The notes below the pieces were generated by a model. That model searched no databases. It was not told the origin of the DNA and worked only from the letters and a program-made list of their open reading frames with translations. Shown here in pieces: positions 61,250 through 64,000 of a DNA stretch of 64,000 nt. A program made the position numbers and the translations under genes. The DNA lies in NCBI GenBank assembly GCA_002254845.1, contig NKPT01000005.1, positions 31,213 through 95,212 of the forward strand, in the 5' to 3' direction. Each line of letters begins with the position of its first letter. Positions within the stretch are counted from its first letter, which is position 1. Origin of the DNA: Chloracidobacterium sp. CP2_5A. Its GTDB lineage: Bacteria; Acidobacteriota; Blastocatellia; Chloracidobacteriales; Chloracidobacteriaceae.

Positions 61250-61789
61250 TTGGTTGAGCAGTGGCAAAGCGAGCCTGTTTACCGTTTTCGCCTGCCGCTT
61301 GAGACTCTCGCCAACGACAAGCTGGAAGCCGTCCGCGCCGGCAAGAGGAAGCCGCGCTGGAGAAGCGTTTCACAACCCTTAGAACGCAGGCGCGCTCTAC
61401 TCTACAAGGCGCTTGGGCGGCCTGATCTCGCAGCCCTATTCGGCATTTGCGTTATCGGCATTCTAGAACTCGCAAAAATTCCTTGGGTCATTAGGCCGTC
61501 TGGTCGAGTTGACGATGCTTTTTTGATCTTACTCATCATCTCGGCTATGAGCGTTCTGTTCATTGGCGGCTTGCTGGCGTTGATCCTCTATGCAATTGGC
61601 GAAGCGCGCTATCGCTTGCTTGCGCTGGAAGAGAGCGCGCGCGTAACGGCTTCGTTGCTCCAACCGCTCGCCGGCTCCGCTTCCTCATCGCCCGCTTCCT
61701 CATCATCAGGGGACAGAAGCAACTCAGCTCCGCCCGGCTCGGACTCCCCACCGCTGACAGCGACGGAGCAAGCTTTAGCAGGCGAATGA
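61250..61789 (+). CDS. Hypothetical small membrane protein
   Basis: TTG-start ORF. Two hydrophobic helices ('LFGICVIGILELA', 'FLILLIISAMSVLFIGGLLALILYAI') and a Ser-rich tail. It is visibly more AT-rich than its neighbours. No homology recognised. Confidence 0.4.
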   Translation: MVEQWQSEPVYRFRLPLETLANDKLEAVRAGKRKPRWRSVSQPLERRRALLYKALGRPDLAALFGICVIGILELAKIPWVIRPSGRVDDAFLILLIISAMSVLFIGGLLALILYAIGEARYRLLALEESARVTASLLQPLAGSASSSPASSSSGDRSNSAPPGSDSPPLTATEQALAGE

Positions 61790-61936
61790 GCGCGGGGCGG
61801 CGCCAGCCAAGTCGGCGGGCGTTCACTGGCGCTTGACGCCGGCGCGCCCGCTTGCGCGCCGCCCGTCACAATGCGCCCGTCGGAAGGCGCTTGAAAACGG
61901 CCCCGCGCAACGGCCCAGCCGCTAGCTCGCCGGCGG

Positions 61937-64000
61937 CTAGCTCCGCGGAAAAGTCACTTTCATCTCCAGCGTTTTCACCAAAAACGCCCAAATATCGGCG
62001 GCTTCTTCAATGAGCTTCGCCGTTGGCTTGCCCGCGCCGTGACCGGCCTTGGTCTCAATGCGAATCAGCGTCGGCGCGTCGCCGGCGCGCGCCGCCTGCA
62101 GCGCCGCCGCGAACTTGAAACTGTGCGCCGGCACAACGCGGTCGTCATGGTCGGCGGTGGTGATCAGCGTCGCCGGGTAGCGCGTGCCAGGCTTGAGATT
62201 GTGCAGGGGCGAGTAGGCGTAAAGCGCCTTGAATTCTTCCGGGTTCTGCGGCGAGCCGTAATCCGACTCCCACGCCCAGCCAATCGTGAACTTGTTGAAG
62301 CGCAGCATATCCATAACGCCTACGGCCGGGAGCGCGGCGCCGAACAGTTCCGGGCGCTGCGTCATGCACGCGCCGACGAGCAGGCCGCCGTTGCTTCCGC
62401 CCTGAATGGCCAGCTTGGCCGGCGTCGTGTACTTTTCCCTGATGAGCCACTCGGCCGCCGCGATGAAGTCGTCAAAGACGTTCTGTTTCTTGAGCTTCGT
62501 GCCGGCCTGATGCCAGGCCTCGCCGTATTCGCCGCCGCCGCGCAGGTTCGGAATCGCCAAGACGCCGCCCATTTCCAGCCAGGCGATGCGGGCAGGCGAA
62601 AAAGCGGGCGTGAGCGAAATGTTGAAGCCGCCGTAGCCGTATAGCAGCGTCGGATTCTTGCCGTCGCGCTTCAGTCCCTTGCGATGCGTGATGAACATCG
62701 GGATGCGCGTGCCGTCTTTGCTTGCGTAAAAGACTTGCCTAGTCTCGTAATCCGCCGGGTTGAACGTAACCTTGGGCTGCTTGATAAGGGCGCTTTTGCC
62801 GGTTTCGACATCGTACCGATAGATGCTGGTCGGCTGCGTGAAGCTCGTGAAGGCGTAGAAGGTTTCGGTCTCGGTCGGTTTGCCGCCGAAGCCGACCGCC
62901 GTGCCAATGCCTGGCAACGCCGCCTCGCGGACGAGCTTGCCGTCCGTTGTAAACGCCTTGACCCGCGTTTTCGCGTCGGCCAAATAAAGCGCAATAAACT
63001 GTCCGCCGACATAACGGACGCCTTCGAGCGTATCTTGGCTCTGGGGAATGATTTCGCGCCAGTTCGCCGGCTCGGGGCGCGTCGCGTCAATAGCGATGAG
63101 GCGGCCGCGCGGCGCTTCCCAGTCGGTGCGAAAATAAAACGTCGTCCCGATGTTGCCGACGGGCGTAAAGTCGGCGATGAAGTCCCGGATCAGCTCGACA
63201 ACTGGCGCGTCGGGCTGCGTCAAATCCTTGTAAAAAAACAGGTTCTTCGGGCTTGTCCCCATCGTGACGACAATCCCGAGGTAGCGCCCGTCGTCCGTCA
63301 CATAGCCGCCGAAGCCCCATTCCTTGCGGTCTTTGCGCTCGTAAGCCAGTTGATCCTCGGACTGCGGCGTCCCGACGCGGTGATAGTAGAGCTTCTGGTA
63401 GTAGTTTGTGGATTGCAGCAGGTTGCCCTCTTTGGGCTCGTCGTAGCGGCTGTAGAAAAAGCCCTTCGAGTCTTTCGTCCACGACGCGCCGGAGAATTTG
63501 ACCCACTGGAGCCGGTCGGGCAGGTCTTCGCCGGTGGCGATGTCGCGCACCCGCCACTCGTTCCAATCCGAGCCGGCCGTCGCCAGCCCGTAGGCGAGCA
63601 GCTTGCCGTCGTCGCTCACGGCGTAGCTCGTCAGCGCTACCGTGCCGTCCGCCGACAGCTTGTTTGGGTCGAGCAGGACGCGCGCCTGCGCATCGTCGGG
63701 CCCGTCGCCGACGTAGAGCACGCTCTGGTTTTGCAGCCCGTTGTTGAGCGTGAAGAAATACTTGCCGCCCTCGCGGAAGGGGACGCCGAATTTTTCGTAG
63801 TTCCACAGCTTGGTCAATCGCTCCCGGATGCGCGCCCGCTCGGGAATGCTTTCCAGGAAGGCGAACGTGACCTTGTTTTGCGCCTCAATCCAGGCTTTGG
63901 TGTCTTCGGTGTCGGCATCTTCGAGCCAACGATACGGATCGGCGACTTTGACGCCGTGATAGTCGTCCACCTGCTCGACTTTCTTCGACGGCGGATAGGC
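61937..64000 (-). CDS. Prolyl oligopeptidase (S9A), with the 5' end beyond the window
   Basis: 'DDYHGVKVADPYRWLED' N-terminal signature, a 7-bladed propeller region, and catalytic 'IQGGSNGGLL' and 'DHDDRV'. The frame stays open upstream of 63970 (AYPPSKKVEQ-V-DDYHG), so the gene runs off the window. Confidence 0.9.
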   Translation of the reverse strand, partial: AYPPSKKVEQVDDYHGVKVADPYRWLEDADTEDTKAWIEAQNKVTFAFLESIPERARIRERLTKLWNYEKFGVPFREGGKYFFTLNNGLQNQSVLYVGDGPDDAQARVLLDPNKLSADGTVALTSYAVSDDGKLLAYGLATAGSDWNEWRVRDIATGEDLPDRLQWVKFSGASWTKDSKGFFYSRYDEPKEGNLLQSTNYYQKLYYHRVGTPQSEDQLAYERKDRKEWGFGGYVTDDGRYLGIVVTMGTSPKNLFFYKDLTQPDAPVVELIRDFIADFTPVGNIGTTFYFRTDWEAPRGRLIAIDATRPEPANWREIIPQSQDTLEGVRYVGGQFIALYLADAKTRVKAFTTDGKLVREAALPGIGTAVGFGGKPTETETFYAFTSFTQPTSIYRYDVETGKSALIKQPKVTFNPADYETRQVFYASKDGTRIPMFITHRKGLKRDGKNPTLLYGYGGFNISLTPAFSPARIAWLEMGGVLAIPNLRGGGEYGEAWHQAGTKLKKQNVFDDFIAAAEWLIREKYTTPAKLAIQGGSNGGLLVGACMTQRPELFGAALPAVGVMDMLRFNKFTIGWAWESDYGSPQNPEEFKALYAYSPLHNLKPGTRYPATLITTADHDDRVVPAHSFKFAAALQAARAGDAPTLIRIETKAGHGAGKPTAKLIEEAADIWAFLVKTLEMKVTFPRS

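Overview
The window is a GC-rich bacterial chromosomal segment (GC looks low-to-mid 60s % by eye, not computed). I can support about 47 protein-coding genes, two gene relics, one clear intrinsic terminator and several short tandem repeats. I found no rRNA, tRNA, CRISPR array, transposase, integrase, phage gene or recognisable defence gene.

The gene content looks Acidobacteria-like:
- a TolC-like porin and Kdo transferase;
- many GAF, FHA, 7TMR-DISM and PP2C signalling proteins;
- a CarboxypepD_reg stub and several secreted peptidases;
- a two-gene egtB-egtD module.

The 435-aa EgtB has consecutive Tyr93-Tyr94. This matches my recollection of the cysteine-using EgtB of Chloracidobacterium thermophilum, so a Chloracidobacterium-like source is a tentative inference, not a database result.

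The region reads as ordinary core genome with scattered housekeeping genes: gltB, aceE, atpD, efp, hfq, tmk, uppP, dprA, mazG, waaA, plsC, trmL and birA. Three of these (gltB, aceE, atpD) are orphan subunits separated from their usual operon partners.

I do not see a clear-cut new system. The best candidates for under-described biology are:
1. An FHA-GAF histidine kinase translationally coupled to a GAF-like, Pro-rich protein with a conserved-looking C-terminal module (48001-51614).
2. An unknown 343-aa ORF that replaces aceF/lpd directly behind aceE.
3. A single-ring ClpC-D2-like AAA+ protein that keeps an IGF loop, located next to a large propeller-PP2C sensor.
4. An EF-P whose loop-tip Lys/Arg is replaced by Asn.
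5. A four-gene tailoring operon that includes an alpha/beta-hydrolase with Asn in place of the nucleophile Ser.
6. A winged-helix-YggX fusion.
7. A 2Fe-2S ferredoxin coupled to a GHMP kinase.

All family assignments come from motif recognition by eye. No HMM or BLAST search was run.
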